A DNA stretch of 64,000 nt from Synergistetes bacterium ADurb.Bin155 (GCA_002070395.1 MWDE01000005.1:22800-86799), one strand, 5' to 3'. Shown: positions 54,199 through 62,956, counted from the stretch's first letter. Numbers and translations are program-made. Notes: generated by a model from the letters alone, not told the origin.

Positions 54199-55379
54199 AA
54201 AGGATTTTCAAAAGTCTGCTCATAGACTTGCATAATTTTCCCTGCTACTTTTAGGAAATCAAAAGATGATATAGCAAACTCTCTGATTTTATAATTGTCA
54301 AAGGTTCTGTAGTTTAAAAGGACATCCTCCATAGCACTTGCAATGGAATTCACCGAATCGACAGGAACACGAAACCCGACAAACTCTGGACAAATTTCTT
54401 CAGGTACAGCTTCTGTGGCAACTATCGGGAGTCCGCAACTCATAGCCTCTATGAAACATACGGGTTGTGCTTCCAGCCTAGTTGCGAGCACAAAAGCATC
54501 TGAATTTCGAAGGATTGATGCAACCTCCTCCCGTGACTGGGAGCCCCAAAAAAACACATGGTCCTGCAAACCCAAGGAAAGGGATAATTCTTTTAAGGTT
54601 CGTTCTTCTGAACCGCCGCCCACAATTTCTAGCCGAATATCAGCGGTTGACTTATTTAACAAAATTTCGAAAGCCTTCAAAAGGACATCATAACCTTTTA
54701 AAAAGTTTAATCCCCCTACTGAGACAAACGTAAACGCCTCTTTTTTCTTTTCTTCTTTCATTGAAAACCTATCAGTGAAAACACCATTAGGGATTATGGC
54801 AATCCTTCCATCATCGGGTGCAATATATTTTTGTAAGCCATTGATCAGATGCCTAGCAACTAAAATCACGCGATTGGCATTCCCATATATTCTCGTCAGA
54901 AAAAAAGAAAACCAGCCCTTTACTTTTTTCCTACAGGACGGGTGGTTTAAAGTAAACCTGCCCCGATGCTCTGTTATGACGTAAGGGATCTCATATCTTT
55001 GTTTTATTTTATAGGCAGCCCAACCAGCCCATACTGCGCTGTGAACATGTATAACATCGGGCATTCTGTTATCTTTCTGGAATTGGTCAAAGAGGCACAA
55101 AAAGGCCTTGGTTTGAAGATACAAATTCACGAGTTGGAATTTAGGGAGCTGGTAATATTTTTTCCGGATCGTAATAATGCCAAACTCTTCGTTACGCTCG
55201 ATCCTAAATTTTCTTATCGTTGATTTAAAACCATTGCTAAAAATTTTTCTTAACCCGACAGGCTCGGCGTAAAGGACCGAAATATCCTTAATTCCAATCT
55301 TTTGGAGGGCTTGAATCTGTTCAACAAAGAAGCTCCCTCCATCTGGTGGGTACCAAGATGGGAAAACAAGTACTCTCAC
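54186..55379 (-). CDS. glycosyltransferase family 4
   Basis: MRVLVFPSWYP......F.EQ at the N-terminus, with a C-terminal GT-B domain (LEAQPVCFIEAMSCGLPIVAT). Confidence 0.85.
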   Translation of the reverse strand: MRVLVFPSWYPPDGGSFFVEQIQALQKIGIKDISVLYAEPVGLRKIFSNGFKSTIRKFRIERNEEFGIITIRKKYYQLPKFQLVNLYLQTKAFLCLFDQFQKDNRMPDVIHVHSAVWAGWAAYKIKQRYEIPYVITEHRGRFTLNHPSCRKKVKGWFSFFLTRIYGNANRVILVARHLINGLQKYIAPDDGRIAIIPNGVFTDRFSMKEEKKKEAFTFVSVGGLNFLKGYDVLLKAFEILLNKSTADIRLEIVGGGSEERTLKELSLSLGLQDHVFFWGSQSREEVASILRNSDAFVLATRLEAQPVCFIEAMSCGLPIVATEAVPEEICPEFVGFRVPVDSVNSIASAMEDVLLNYRTFDNYKIREFAISSFDFLKVAGKIMQVYEQTFENPLCGT

Positions 55380-55463
55380 AATTATCGTCCTTCCAATTCA
55401 TTGGAATGGTTGCTTTTTGCTACTCCAACCGGAGAATTGCCTAAACAATTCCCCATGCTTGAG

Positions 55464-56507
55464 TCACCTTGGCAGGGCGCCGGGCTTGACCTGGCTACCC
55501 GAAAGGGCCGACTGGTACGCCGCCTCAATGATCTCCACAGTCTTGCGGCCTTCCCTGCCGCTGACCAGCTCCTCCGCCCCGTTATCAAGCACGTCCAGGC
55601 AGTGGCGGTAGAAGTCCAGGTGGCCAAAGCCGTAGACGCTGCCCGTCTCGTAGCTGATGCTTTCGACCTCTTCATCCATGGGGTGGGGGGCGTCAAACTG
55701 CCACTGCTCTATCCTGTTGAGGGCGACGCCCCCGATGCGGGCGGTACCCTTCTCGCCTAGGATGGTGATGCTGCCCTCAAGGTTCCTGGGGTAGGTGAGG
55801 ACCGTCACGTTTATGCTCCCCAGGGCACCGCTGCGAAAGCGGAGGTTCACCACGATGGTGTCCTCGGCCTCGATCCTGCGGGAGAGAGTGGCGCTGAAGG
55901 CCTGGACGGACTCCACGGCCCCGCCGAACCACTGCACGAGGTCTACGTAGTGGGCGGCCTGGTTCGATAGGCAACCGCCGTCGAGGGGCCAAGTGCCACG
56001 CCAGGGTGCCATGTCGTAGTAGTCCTGAGGCCGGGTCCAGAAGACGTTGGAGGTGATTATGTAGAGGCGGCCGAACCGGCCGGCTTCCAGGGCTTTTCTC
56101 AGGAGTTGCACGGTTTTGTTGAAGCGGTTCTGCTTGACGACGAAGTACTTGACGCCGGCCGTATCACAGGCATCGATGGCGGCATCTACCTCGGCAAGCT
56201 TCGTGCCTGACGGCTTTTCGCACAGGACATGTTTGCCGGCCATGGCTGCCAGGATCGTGTGCTTTGGGTGCAGGCCCGAGGGAGTGCAGATGGAGACGAT
56301 ATCAAAGTCTTCCTTTTCAAGCATTTCCGCATAATCGGTATAAATTTTGCAGGACCCACCCCAAGGTCTGGCCGCCCCCTTCGCACGATCCGGCAGAATG
56401 TCGCAAACCGCTGCCAGGTTTACACGGAATTCGGAGAAAAGGGAACGGATGGATTCAAGATGCTTTTCGCTTATTCTTCCGCACCCTACAAGGGCAAACC
56501 TATGCAC
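55464..56507 (-). CDS. Gfo/Idh/MocA oxidoreductase, WbpB/WlbA-like (UDP-2-acetamido-2-deoxy-glucuronate 3-dehydrogenase type)
   Basis: FALVGCGRISEKH, LCEKP, and WTRPQDYYDMAPWRGTWPLDGGCLSNQAAHYVD match this subfamily. Confidence 0.8.
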   Translation of the reverse strand: MHRFALVGCGRISEKHLESIRSLFSEFRVNLAAVCDILPDRAKGAARPWGGSCKIYTDYAEMLEKEDFDIVSICTPSGLHPKHTILAAMAGKHVLCEKPSGTKLAEVDAAIDACDTAGVKYFVVKQNRFNKTVQLLRKALEAGRFGRLYIITSNVFWTRPQDYYDMAPWRGTWPLDGGCLSNQAAHYVDLVQWFGGAVESVQAFSATLSRRIEAEDTIVVNLRFRSGALGSINVTVLTYPRNLEGSITILGEKGTARIGGVALNRIEQWQFDAPHPMDEEVESISYETGSVYGFGHLDFYRHCLDVLDNGAEELVSGREGRKTVEIIEAAYQSALSGSQVKPGALPR

Positions 56508-56985
56508 CGTCTTTCACCCCTTTCATCGGCCTTAGGAGCCGGGCCGGGTTTCCTACATAAAACCCGGGGGTATCTATATCCTTGGTGACCACGGCACCGG
56601 CGCCTATAACGACATGGTCGCAGATAGACACCGGCATTAGGGTGGCATTCGTCCCAATGGACACGTGGCAGCCTATGTTGGTGGCTTTCCAGAGGCTTTT
56701 GTTGCCTCCCGCGGGGCCGCCCGTTGAGAAGGTGTCGTTCACGAACATTACCCCATGAGAGATGAAACAGTCGTCCCCTATGGTGACCAGTTCGCAGATG
56801 AAAGCGTGGGACTGGACCCTGCACCGCTTACCAATGATCACGCCTTTCTGGATCTCCACGAAGGGCCCTATGAATGAGCCGTCACCGATGGCGCAATCGT
56901 AGAGGTTCACCGGTTCAACAACAGTGACATCATCGCCGAAAAGAACATCGCGAATTCCGGATTTTAGGATCCTGGGTTCTGCCAC
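56500..56985 (-). CDS. hexapeptide-repeat acetyltransferase, WbpD/WlbB-like
   Basis: Left-handed beta-helix repeats, ~160 aa, located between the aminotransferase and the dehydrogenase. Confidence 0.8.
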   Translation of the reverse strand: MAEPRILKSGIRDVLFGDDVTVVEPVNLYDCAIGDGSFIGPFVEIQKGVIIGKRCRVQSHAFICELVTIGDDCFISHGVMFVNDTFSTGGPAGGNKSLWKATNIGCHVSIGTNATLMPVSICDHVVIGAGAVVTKDIDTPGFYVGNPARLLRPMKGVKDGA

Positions 56986-56988
56986 GGT

Positions 56989-58104
56989 TCACACCCCTCC
57001 CGATTTCCGGAGGACCTCGCCGAGGTTATCGCAGACATAGGACACCTGTTCCTCGGTCATCTCGGGGAAGATCGGCAGGCTTAAGACCTCACGGGAGTAC
57101 CTGGAAGAAACAGGGAAATCCTGGGGTTTCAGGCTGAGGTGCTTGTATGCCCCGAGGTCCGGCAGGGCATCGGGGTAATGGATCCCTGTGGCGATACTCT
57201 TTTCGGAAAGGAATTCCCTGACCCTTTCCCTTTCGCGGACCCGCACGACCAGAAGGTGGTAGACATGTGTGCCGCCGGCCGTTTCTCTCTGGAAGGGAAG
57301 GTCGAGGGAAGAAAGGTTCGCCCGGTAAAGGTCGGCGATCTTCCTGCGTCTTGCGTTCCAGTCATCGAGGTGCGGCAGTTTCACCGAAAGGATGGCCGCC
57401 TGGATGCCGTCGAGGCGGCTGTTGGTCCCCTCGAACTCATGATCGTATTTCTGAACCCTCCCGTGGTTGGCGTACATCTTCACCCGTTTTGCGAGCTCGG
57501 GGTCATCGGTGACGACGCACCCACCGTCCCCGTAGGCGCCAAGGTTCTTTCCAGGGTAGAAGCTGAAAGTGGCGGCGTGCCCGAAAGATCCCACCTTCGC
57601 GCCCTGGTACCGCGCACCGTGGGCCTGGGCGACATCCTCCACAAGGAACAGACCCTTGGAGTCGGCCAGTTCTTTCAGTTCGGCCGCCGGGGCGGGGTTG
57701 CCGTAAAGGTGAACGGGCATTATCGCCCGAGTCCGGGATGTTAAGGCTTTTTCGACCGTTTCCGGGGTTATTGTCTGGGTGTCGGGATCGCAGTCGGCAA
57801 AGGTGGCTTTCCCGCCAGCCAGGGTTACCGCTTCGGAGGTTCCGATGAAGGTGTTGGCAGGGACGACCACTTCGTCACCCTCCTTGATACCAAGGGCTTT
57901 AAGCACAAGGGTGAGAGCATCGGTACCGTTGCCCACCCCAATACAGTGTTTTACCCCCAGATAGGAGGCAAACTCCTGCTCAAATTGGATGACATATTTC
58001 CCGCCTATGAAAGCGGTGTCATTGATCACGTTCTCGATTGCCACGTTTACCTCGTTTTTGATCGCCTGGTACTGGAGTTTGAGGTCGACGAAAGGTACCT
58101 TCAA
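56989..58104 (-). CDS. DegT/DnrJ/EryC1/StrS-family sugar aminotransferase, WbpE/WlbC-like
   Basis: Carries VPFVDLK.QY, GDEVVVPANTFI, and SFYPGKNLGAYGDGG (PLP lysine). Confidence 0.9.
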   Translation of the reverse strand: MKVPFVDLKLQYQAIKNEVNVAIENVINDTAFIGGKYVIQFEQEFASYLGVKHCIGVGNGTDALTLVLKALGIKEGDEVVVPANTFIGTSEAVTLAGGKATFADCDPDTQTITPETVEKALTSRTRAIMPVHLYGNPAPAAELKELADSKGLFLVEDVAQAHGARYQGAKVGSFGHAATFSFYPGKNLGAYGDGGCVVTDDPELAKRVKMYANHGRVQKYDHEFEGTNSRLDGIQAAILSVKLPHLDDWNARRRKIADLYRANLSSLDLPFQRETAGGTHVYHLLVVRVRERERVREFLSEKSIATGIHYPDALPDLGAYKHLSLKPQDFPVSSRYSREVLSLPIFPEMTEEQVSYVCDNLGEVLRKSGGV

Positions 58105-58141
58105 AGGCCATTCTCCTCCATTCTTTTATGGCGGTTCGGTA

Positions 58142-59467
58142 TTAGTTCCTCCCGACCCCATAGTAAATGAAGCCGTGCTTCCTGAGCAGTTCCGGGTTGT
58201 ACTGGTTCCGGCCGTCGAATATGACCGGCTCTTTCATAAGGATCCTTATCTGGTCGAAGTCGGGTTTCCGAAATTGGGGCCACTCGGTCACGAGGACAAG
58301 GGCGTCGGCCCCGGAGAGGGTGCCGTAGCTGTCTTCGGAAAAGGTAACGCCCGGGTTTCCTTCGAAAATGACCCTGGCGTTTCCCATGGCTACCGGGTCG
58401 AAGGCCTTTACCGTAGCCCCTCTTGAAACCAGCTCCCTGATGATCTCGATGGCGGGGGCTTCCCTTATGTCGTCGGTATGGGGCTTGAAACTGAGGCCCC
58501 AAACGGCGAACCTCTTTCCTGAAATATCGCTGTCGTAGTGACGGTTGATCTTTTCAAGGAAGACCTGTTTCTGTTTTTTGTTTACTTCTTCCACGGCCTT
58601 GAGGATGGTGAGGTCGTGACCCCTTTCCCGGGCTGACTGGATTAGGGCCTTGACGTCCTTGGGAAAGCAGGACCCGCCGTAGCCGACCCCGGGGTACAGG
58701 AAGGCCGTTCCGATCCTTTTATCGGAACCCATGCCGTGCCGGACCTCTTCGATGTCGGCACCAGCGGATTCACAGAAGTTGGCCAGTTCGTTCATGAAAC
58801 TGATCCGCGTCGCGAGCATGGCGTTGGAAGCATACTTGGTCATTTCGGCAGAGGGGATGCTCATGGAGATGATCCTGGGCTCTCTCTGGACGAAGGGTGA
58901 GAAGAGTTCCTTCAGGAATTCCGAAGTGCGTTCCTTATCGGTACCAATGACTATGCGGTCGGGCCGCATGAAATCCTCTACGGCCGAGCCTTCCTTAAGG
59001 AACTCAGGGCAGAAAGCTACATCGAACTCCAAGTCGTTTCGCTGTCGCCGTGACAGTTCGTCGGTGATAATACCCTTGACCTTTTCGGTGGTGCCTACAG
59101 GAACGGTGGACTTGGTGACTATGATTTTGTAGCTGTCAAGGCACTGCCCTATCTCACGGGCGGCATCCAGGACGAACCGGAGGTCGGCTTCGCCGTTATC
59201 CATGGGGGGAGTGCCTACAGCGATGAAAATGAAGAGGCTGTTGGTGACGGCCTCTTCTGTGTCGGTGGTGAACTGGAGGCGGCCCTGGACGACGTTCCTT
59301 TTGATGATGTCCTCAAGGCCCGGTTCATAGATAGGGACAATGCCTGAGTTGAGCCTGGCGATCTTTTCTTCATCGACATCAACGCACCGGACATTGTTGC
59401 CCATCTCCGCCAGGCAAGCACCCGTAACCAACCCAACATAGCCGGTACCAATCATGCAGATGCGCAT
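58142..59467 (-). CDS. nucleotide-sugar 6-dehydrogenase (UDP-glucose/UDP-GlcNAc dehydrogenase family)
   Basis: MRICMIGTGYVGLVTGACLA Rossmann motif and catalytic GGSCFPKD. Start moved to ATG 59467. Confidence 0.9.
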   Translation of the reverse strand: MRICMIGTGYVGLVTGACLAEMGNNVRCVDVDEEKIARLNSGIVPIYEPGLEDIIKRNVVQGRLQFTTDTEEAVTNSLFIFIAVGTPPMDNGEADLRFVLDAAREIGQCLDSYKIIVTKSTVPVGTTEKVKGIITDELSRRQRNDLEFDVAFCPEFLKEGSAVEDFMRPDRIVIGTDKERTSEFLKELFSPFVQREPRIISMSIPSAEMTKYASNAMLATRISFMNELANFCESAGADIEEVRHGMGSDKRIGTAFLYPGVGYGGSCFPKDVKALIQSARERGHDLTILKAVEEVNKKQKQVFLEKINRHYDSDISGKRFAVWGLSFKPHTDDIREAPAIEIIRELVSRGATVKAFDPVAMGNARVIFEGNPGVTFSEDSYGTLSGADALVLVTEWPQFRKPDFDQIRILMKEPVIFDGRNQYNPELLRKHGFIYYGVGRN

Positions 59468-59647
59468 TAGAGGCCTCCGGGAGCGGAAAACTAGGGAGCC
59501 GGCGACAATGAGCAAGGGGCAAGCAACAAGCGATAGACTGCAGGTTACTAACGAAAGGAGACTGAAATAATTAGGGCGAATAATATGCCCCTGTTTTTTA
59601 AACTTGCCCTGTGCCATCCAGCCCCTGCAAGACATCGATTACGAGTA

Positions 59648-59676
59648 ATTTTATTGCTCTTTTACGGATAATGCAA
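59648..59676 (-). promoter_or_regulatory. candidate sigma70-like promoter of the sugar-nucleotide arm, within a 24-bp block shared with 62746-62769
   Basis: On the minus strand: TTGCAT, 17-nt spacer, TAAAAT. Confidence 0.4.
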
Positions 59677-59988
59677 GGCGGCAGGCCACAGTAGGCAGGC
59701 AGAAGGAAAGGCAAGGGCAGAAGCGTAAGAGGTGAGACGTGAGAAGGGAGACGTAGGATAAAAAAAGCAAGGAGACAGGCAACAGGTTGCAGGCAACAGG
59801 AAAGGCTTAGGGGCGCAAGGCATCAAACGATAGACGTACAACGAAAGAGCACGGGGCAAGGGCAAGCCTTAAGAGCGAGAGGAGAAAGGCAGGGGCTGGG
59901 AACGGAAAAGCAAGATGACAGGCGCGGGAAATAAGCCTTCAGGAAAACGAAATGCTATTTATTCTCCCCAGAACAGGCCGGTCATTGG

Positions 59989-60027
59989 AGAAAAAAGGGC
60001 GGGGCCGCACCCATGGCGGTCCCGCTC
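59989..60027 (-). terminator. intrinsic terminator after the sigma-factor gene
   Basis: On the minus strand: GAGCGGGACCGC-CATGGGT-GCGGCCCCGCCC (12-bp stem with 2 mismatches), followed by TTTTTTCTCC. Confidence 0.55.
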
Positions 60028-60119
60028 TTAGCCCTGCTGCGCAGAGGTTCTCGTTTTCCTTGGCCTTGGGGTTGGTTTTACGTTCACGGCTCCTGTTATT
60101 CGTTGACGGTTTTTAGCCC

Positions 60120-60611
60120 TTACCGACTCCCGCCGCTTGGCTCCTCGTTTTTCAACAACTTTCTCCTGATCCTCCCCACCCGGTAACTGACGGCCTGCTG
60201 GGTGACGCCCAGGTGCTGGGCGATCTCCTGCTGGGTGAAGCCCGCTTCCAGGAGCCGCAAGACCCGGACGTCGCCCTCGGGGAGGATCCCTTCGGCCGCC
60301 CAGCGGGTCCAGGGCAGCGGTTCCTCGTAGTGGGGCGAGTGCTTTTCGGGGTCGAACTCCACCTTCACGCCTGGGCGGTTCCACCTCCAGAGGGCGGCCG
60401 CCCTGGCCCGGACCCTGGCCCTGACCCTCCACTTGAGGAACTTGGCCAGGTACTGCCTGTTCCTGCAGCGGGGGAGCAGTTCCAGTATGGCGAGGTAGCC
60501 CTCCTGGACGAGGTCCTCGAACTCGGCCCCGTTGCCCCGGTAGGAGCGGGCGATGGATTCCACCAGGGGGCGGAAGCTCCGCAGTATGTCCTCATGTTCC
60601 TGCCGCCCCAT
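60120..60611 (-). CDS. small sigma-70-family factor (regions 2 and 4 only)
   Basis: FEDLVQEGYLAILE resembles region 2. FTQQEIAQHLGVTQQAVSYRVGRIRRKL is a region-4 HTH. Confidence 0.7.
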   Translation of the reverse strand: MGRQEHEDILRSFRPLVESIARSYRGNGAEFEDLVQEGYLAILELLPRCRNRQYLAKFLKWRVRARVRARAAALWRWNRPGVKVEFDPEKHSPHYEEPLPWTRWAAEGILPEGDVRVLRLLEAGFTQQEIAQHLGVTQQAVSYRVGRIRRKLLKNEEPSGGSR

Positions 60612-61014
60612 GGAGCGGCACCGCCATTTCCCATTTATGCTGCCTCACGGGCAGGATGACCCTTTCGTCCCGGCCGAAGACCCCCAGGTGGACGAAGTTC
60701 CTCTTGCCATAGGGGATGACCTGGTCGAAGGCCATTTTTTCCGCCAATTCGGTGAATTCCCTCTGCACATCGTAGAGCACGACGACGTCGGCGGCCTGCC
60801 CCAAAAGGTGCAGGCTGGCCTCGGCGCCGTTGACGCTGCGGTTGTGCCTGCTGCAGCGGAAGCCGCTGGTGACAAGCAACGGGCTGCCCCAGGCGTCGCG
60901 CAGTTTTTCCAGTTTTACCAGAAGCTCGGGGTGCAGTTGGACGCACCCGCAACACCTACATTGAAACTCGGCCAGCCTGAAGTGGGGGGAGACGAAGATG
61001 TTGTTTACCTTCAA
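60592..61014 (-). CDS. peptidase M15A-family zinc D-Ala-D-Ala carboxypeptidase-like protein
   Basis: F.L.EF.C.C.........L...LE.LR...G.PL.VTSGFRC..HN...NGA..S.H..G.AAD is the M15 signature. TTG start, 1 nt after the YvrJ stop. Confidence 0.8.
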   Translation of the reverse strand: MKVNNIFVSPHFRLAEFQCRCCGCVQLHPELLVKLEKLRDAWGSPLLVTSGFRCSRHNRSVNGAEASLHLLGQAADVVVLYDVQREFTELAEKMAFDQVIPYGKRNFVHLGVFGRDERVILPVRQHKWEMAVPLHGAAGT

Positions 61015-61015
61015 G

Positions 61016-61165
61016 CTAGGCGCCTCCCCTGTTGACTATGGCGACCTGCAGGTCCCTGATAGCCTTGGTGAGCTCTTCGAGCCGGCTTTCCATCCTCACC
61101 AGCAGGTAGGCCGCCACGGCGATGGCGAATCCGCTCTGGATGGCGGAAGCCACGAAGTCTTCCAT
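61016..61165 (-). CDS. YvrJ-family small membrane protein (49 aa), absent from the ORF track
   Basis: Hand translation: MEDFVASAIQSGFAIAVAAYLLVRMESRLEELTKAIRDLQVAIVNRGGA*. RBS is AGGAGGGA. The pattern GF.I.V..YLL.R.E..L..L matches YvrJ, from memory. Confidence 0.75.
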   Translation of the reverse strand: MEDFVASAIQSGFAIAVAAYLLVRMESRLEELTKAIRDLQVAIVNRGGA

Positions 61166-61234
61166 GGTCTGTTCCCTCCTTGGATCACCCCCGGGCCCCC
61201 TGGGCCCGAGGGCGAGCGATATTTATGGTTGCAA

Positions 61235-61447
61235 CTAGTTCTTGAACAGGTCGGTGACGGTCCTGCCAATGATCTGGGCGGCCAGCGCATCGGTCAGCCC
61301 CGAGGCGAAGACGTCGGCCTCGATGACGGCCTCCATGGCCGCCTCCACGTCCTCGGCGTCGAGGTCATCCTTGGGGTACCGGAGGGTCATCTGCCACTTG
61401 TCGCCCCCGGCGGTGCCGAAAACCATCTTCAGGGTCTTTGTCTCCAT
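61235..61447 (-). CDS. DUF2922-family protein (70 aa)
   Basis: K.L.MVF....G....M.L..PKDDL....V..AME.VI....F......AA.I..RTVTDLF is typical of DUF2922. Confidence 0.75.
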   Translation of the reverse strand: METKTLKMVFGTAGGDKWQMTLRYPKDDLDAEDVEAAMEAVIEADVFASGLTDALAAQIIGRTVTDLFKN

Positions 61448-61483
61448 CGTTTCACCTCCTTTCCGTCAGTCGCGATGGATCTA

Positions 61484-61699
61484 CTAGACCACGAGGTTCG
61501 TGTCGATCTTGCTGGTTTCCACTATGGGGTACGCCAGGAGATCGCCGAGGGCGGAAACCGCGTCGGAAACGTCATCGGCGGCGGCGTCTTCGGAAAGGTC
61601 CCTCAAGGAAAGGCTCCTGAGGATGGGACGGCCGTCGTCGTTGGTGCCGATCTGGAGCCTGAGGCTCAGGCGGCTTGAAGCGGTGATGTACTCTGCCAT
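61484..61699 (-). CDS. DUF1659-family protein (71 aa)
   Basis: Start at MAEYITASS (ATG 61699), preceded by GGAGGTGA. Classic partner of DUF2922 and YvrJ in Firmicutes. Confidence 0.75.
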   Translation of the reverse strand: MAEYITASSRLSLRLQIGTNDDGRPILRSLSLRDLSEDAAADDVSDAVSALGDLLAYPIVETSKIDTNLVV

Positions 61700-61794
61700 G
61701 GACTTCACCTCCTTTCGATGTCGGGCTGTCGTGCCCTGACATATATAAGAGTACTTCGGAAGGGTTAGATATACAAATAGTAAACCTAAGGGCA

Positions 61795-61829
61795 TTGGGG
61801 TCAGACCTTGAATTTGAGCATTTGTGTAC
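61795..61829 (+). repeat. 35-bp repeat core, copy F (1 mismatch)
   Basis: TTGGGGTCAGACCTTGAATTTGAGCATTTGTGTAC. Confidence 0.95.
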
Positions 61830-61859
61830 AAAAAGGCAGGAGGGGCGAAAGGAGGGAGC

Positions 61860-61894
61860 CGTGAATCGTTAATCGTTAATCAGGAATCGGATGG
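61860..61894 (+). repeat. heptamer array following core F
   Basis: CGTGAAT CGTTAAT CGTTAAT CAGGAAT CGGATGG, all in one register. Confidence 0.85.
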
Positions 61895-62055
61895 GCGGGA
61901 GGCCGGAAAGCAGGAGGCGGAGGAAGGTCAGGAGCGTGAGAGGCTAGACACGAAACGGAAGAGCGGGAAGCAAGGAGACAGACGTCGGGCGACAGGGAAG
62001 GCTTAAAACGTAAATCGGGGTTTGGTAATCGGGTGTGATTTCCCCGCTTACCCTT

Positions 62056-62610
62056 TTACATTGACAGTCCATAACCCTTGGGGTTATCCCACACCAGGAT
62101 GGCCTTTTCTTTTTCGAACTTCTCCTCCAGTTTCTGATACTCGTCGCGGGCGAGGACAAGGGTGCGGATCTTGCGGTCGATAAGTTTCTCGGCCTTTTTG
62201 GCCAATTCGGCGAGGTAGATCTCGTCGACCTCCCCGACCAGGACGAGGTCGATGAGGCCCGAGTCAACGCCGCGGGCGTAGTCGCCGGTGACGAAGGCCA
62301 GCTCCACGCTGCCCAAGCGGGATACGACCTGCTCGACAAGCCTGTCGAGGCCCACGGTCTTGGCGACGATGCGCTGGACTTCGGGGAAAAGGGGGTGCTT
62401 TTTGTTGGCCTTGTAGAGGATGGTGCGGCCTTCGGCCCTGGACTCGAGGATGCCGGCCCTGGAGAGACGGTTCAGTTCCACTCGCACGGCGTTGGTGGAT
62501 TCGCCGAATTCGTCGGCCAGCCCTCGCAGGTAGGCGGTGGTGTCGGGATTGATGAAGAACTTGAGGAGCAGTTTGACGCGCGTTTTCGAGGTGATGAAGC
62601 TTTCGAGCAT
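62056..62610 (-). CDS. winged-helix (ArsR/MarR-like) DNA-binding domain fused to a minimal nucleotidyltransferase (MNT-like) domain
   Basis: The N-terminal wHTH is LRGLADEFGESTNAVRVELNRLSRAGIL. The C-terminal half has VTGDYARG....IDLVLVG, a GS/YxRG...DxD-type NTase motif. Confidence 0.7.
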   Translation of the reverse strand: MLESFITSKTRVKLLLKFFINPDTTAYLRGLADEFGESTNAVRVELNRLSRAGILESRAEGRTILYKANKKHPLFPEVQRIVAKTVGLDRLVEQVVSRLGSVELAFVTGDYARGVDSGLIDLVLVGEVDEIYLAELAKKAEKLIDRKIRTLVLARDEYQKLEEKFEKEKAILVWDNPKGYGLSM

Positions 62611-62754
62611 GGATCCCTCCAGCGGGGCTAAAAGTTTAGCGACTGGCTTTAGGAGCCGGCTTCAAGGCACGAACAATGGGACCTCAAGGCAAGGTGACGA
62701 AGCCTTGAACTTCTGGTAGTAACGCTGCTTTTCGCTCGGCAATGTTTACGAGTA

Positions 62755-62783
62755 ATTTTATTGCTCTTTGGGAGGAAAGGCAA
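62755..62783 (-). promoter_or_regulatory. candidate sigma70-like promoter of the wHTH-NTase gene (same 24-bp block as at 59639-59662)
   Basis: On the minus strand: TTGCCT, 17-nt spacer, TAAAAT. Confidence 0.4.
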
Positions 62784-62956
62784 GGGCCGTGAATCGTCAA
62801 TCGGGAATCGGAGGGCAGGAGACGGAAAGACAAGGAGGTAAGAGACGGCAGCGGGCAACAGGTAGTGCAAAAGCAAAAGGACAAGAGCTTAAAGCGAAGG
62901 TGGAATCCGCCAACTGGGGATCGGGGACAAGGTTTTCACGTTGGACTATCAAGGTT

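Noticed and set aside
59468-59635. 56-aa N-terminal extension of the sugar dehydrogenase ORF (track 58142..59635).
   Set aside because: The Rossmann motif starts at MRICMIGTGYVG (ATG 59467). The extension is hydrophobic, low-complexity and reads into repeat-rich DNA.
60592-61014. The M15 peptidase as a prophage endolysin, i.e. a prophage remnant.
   Set aside because: No holin, portal, terminase, tail or integrase genes are nearby. The gene is translationally coupled inside the DUF1659/DUF2922/YvrJ/sigma operon.
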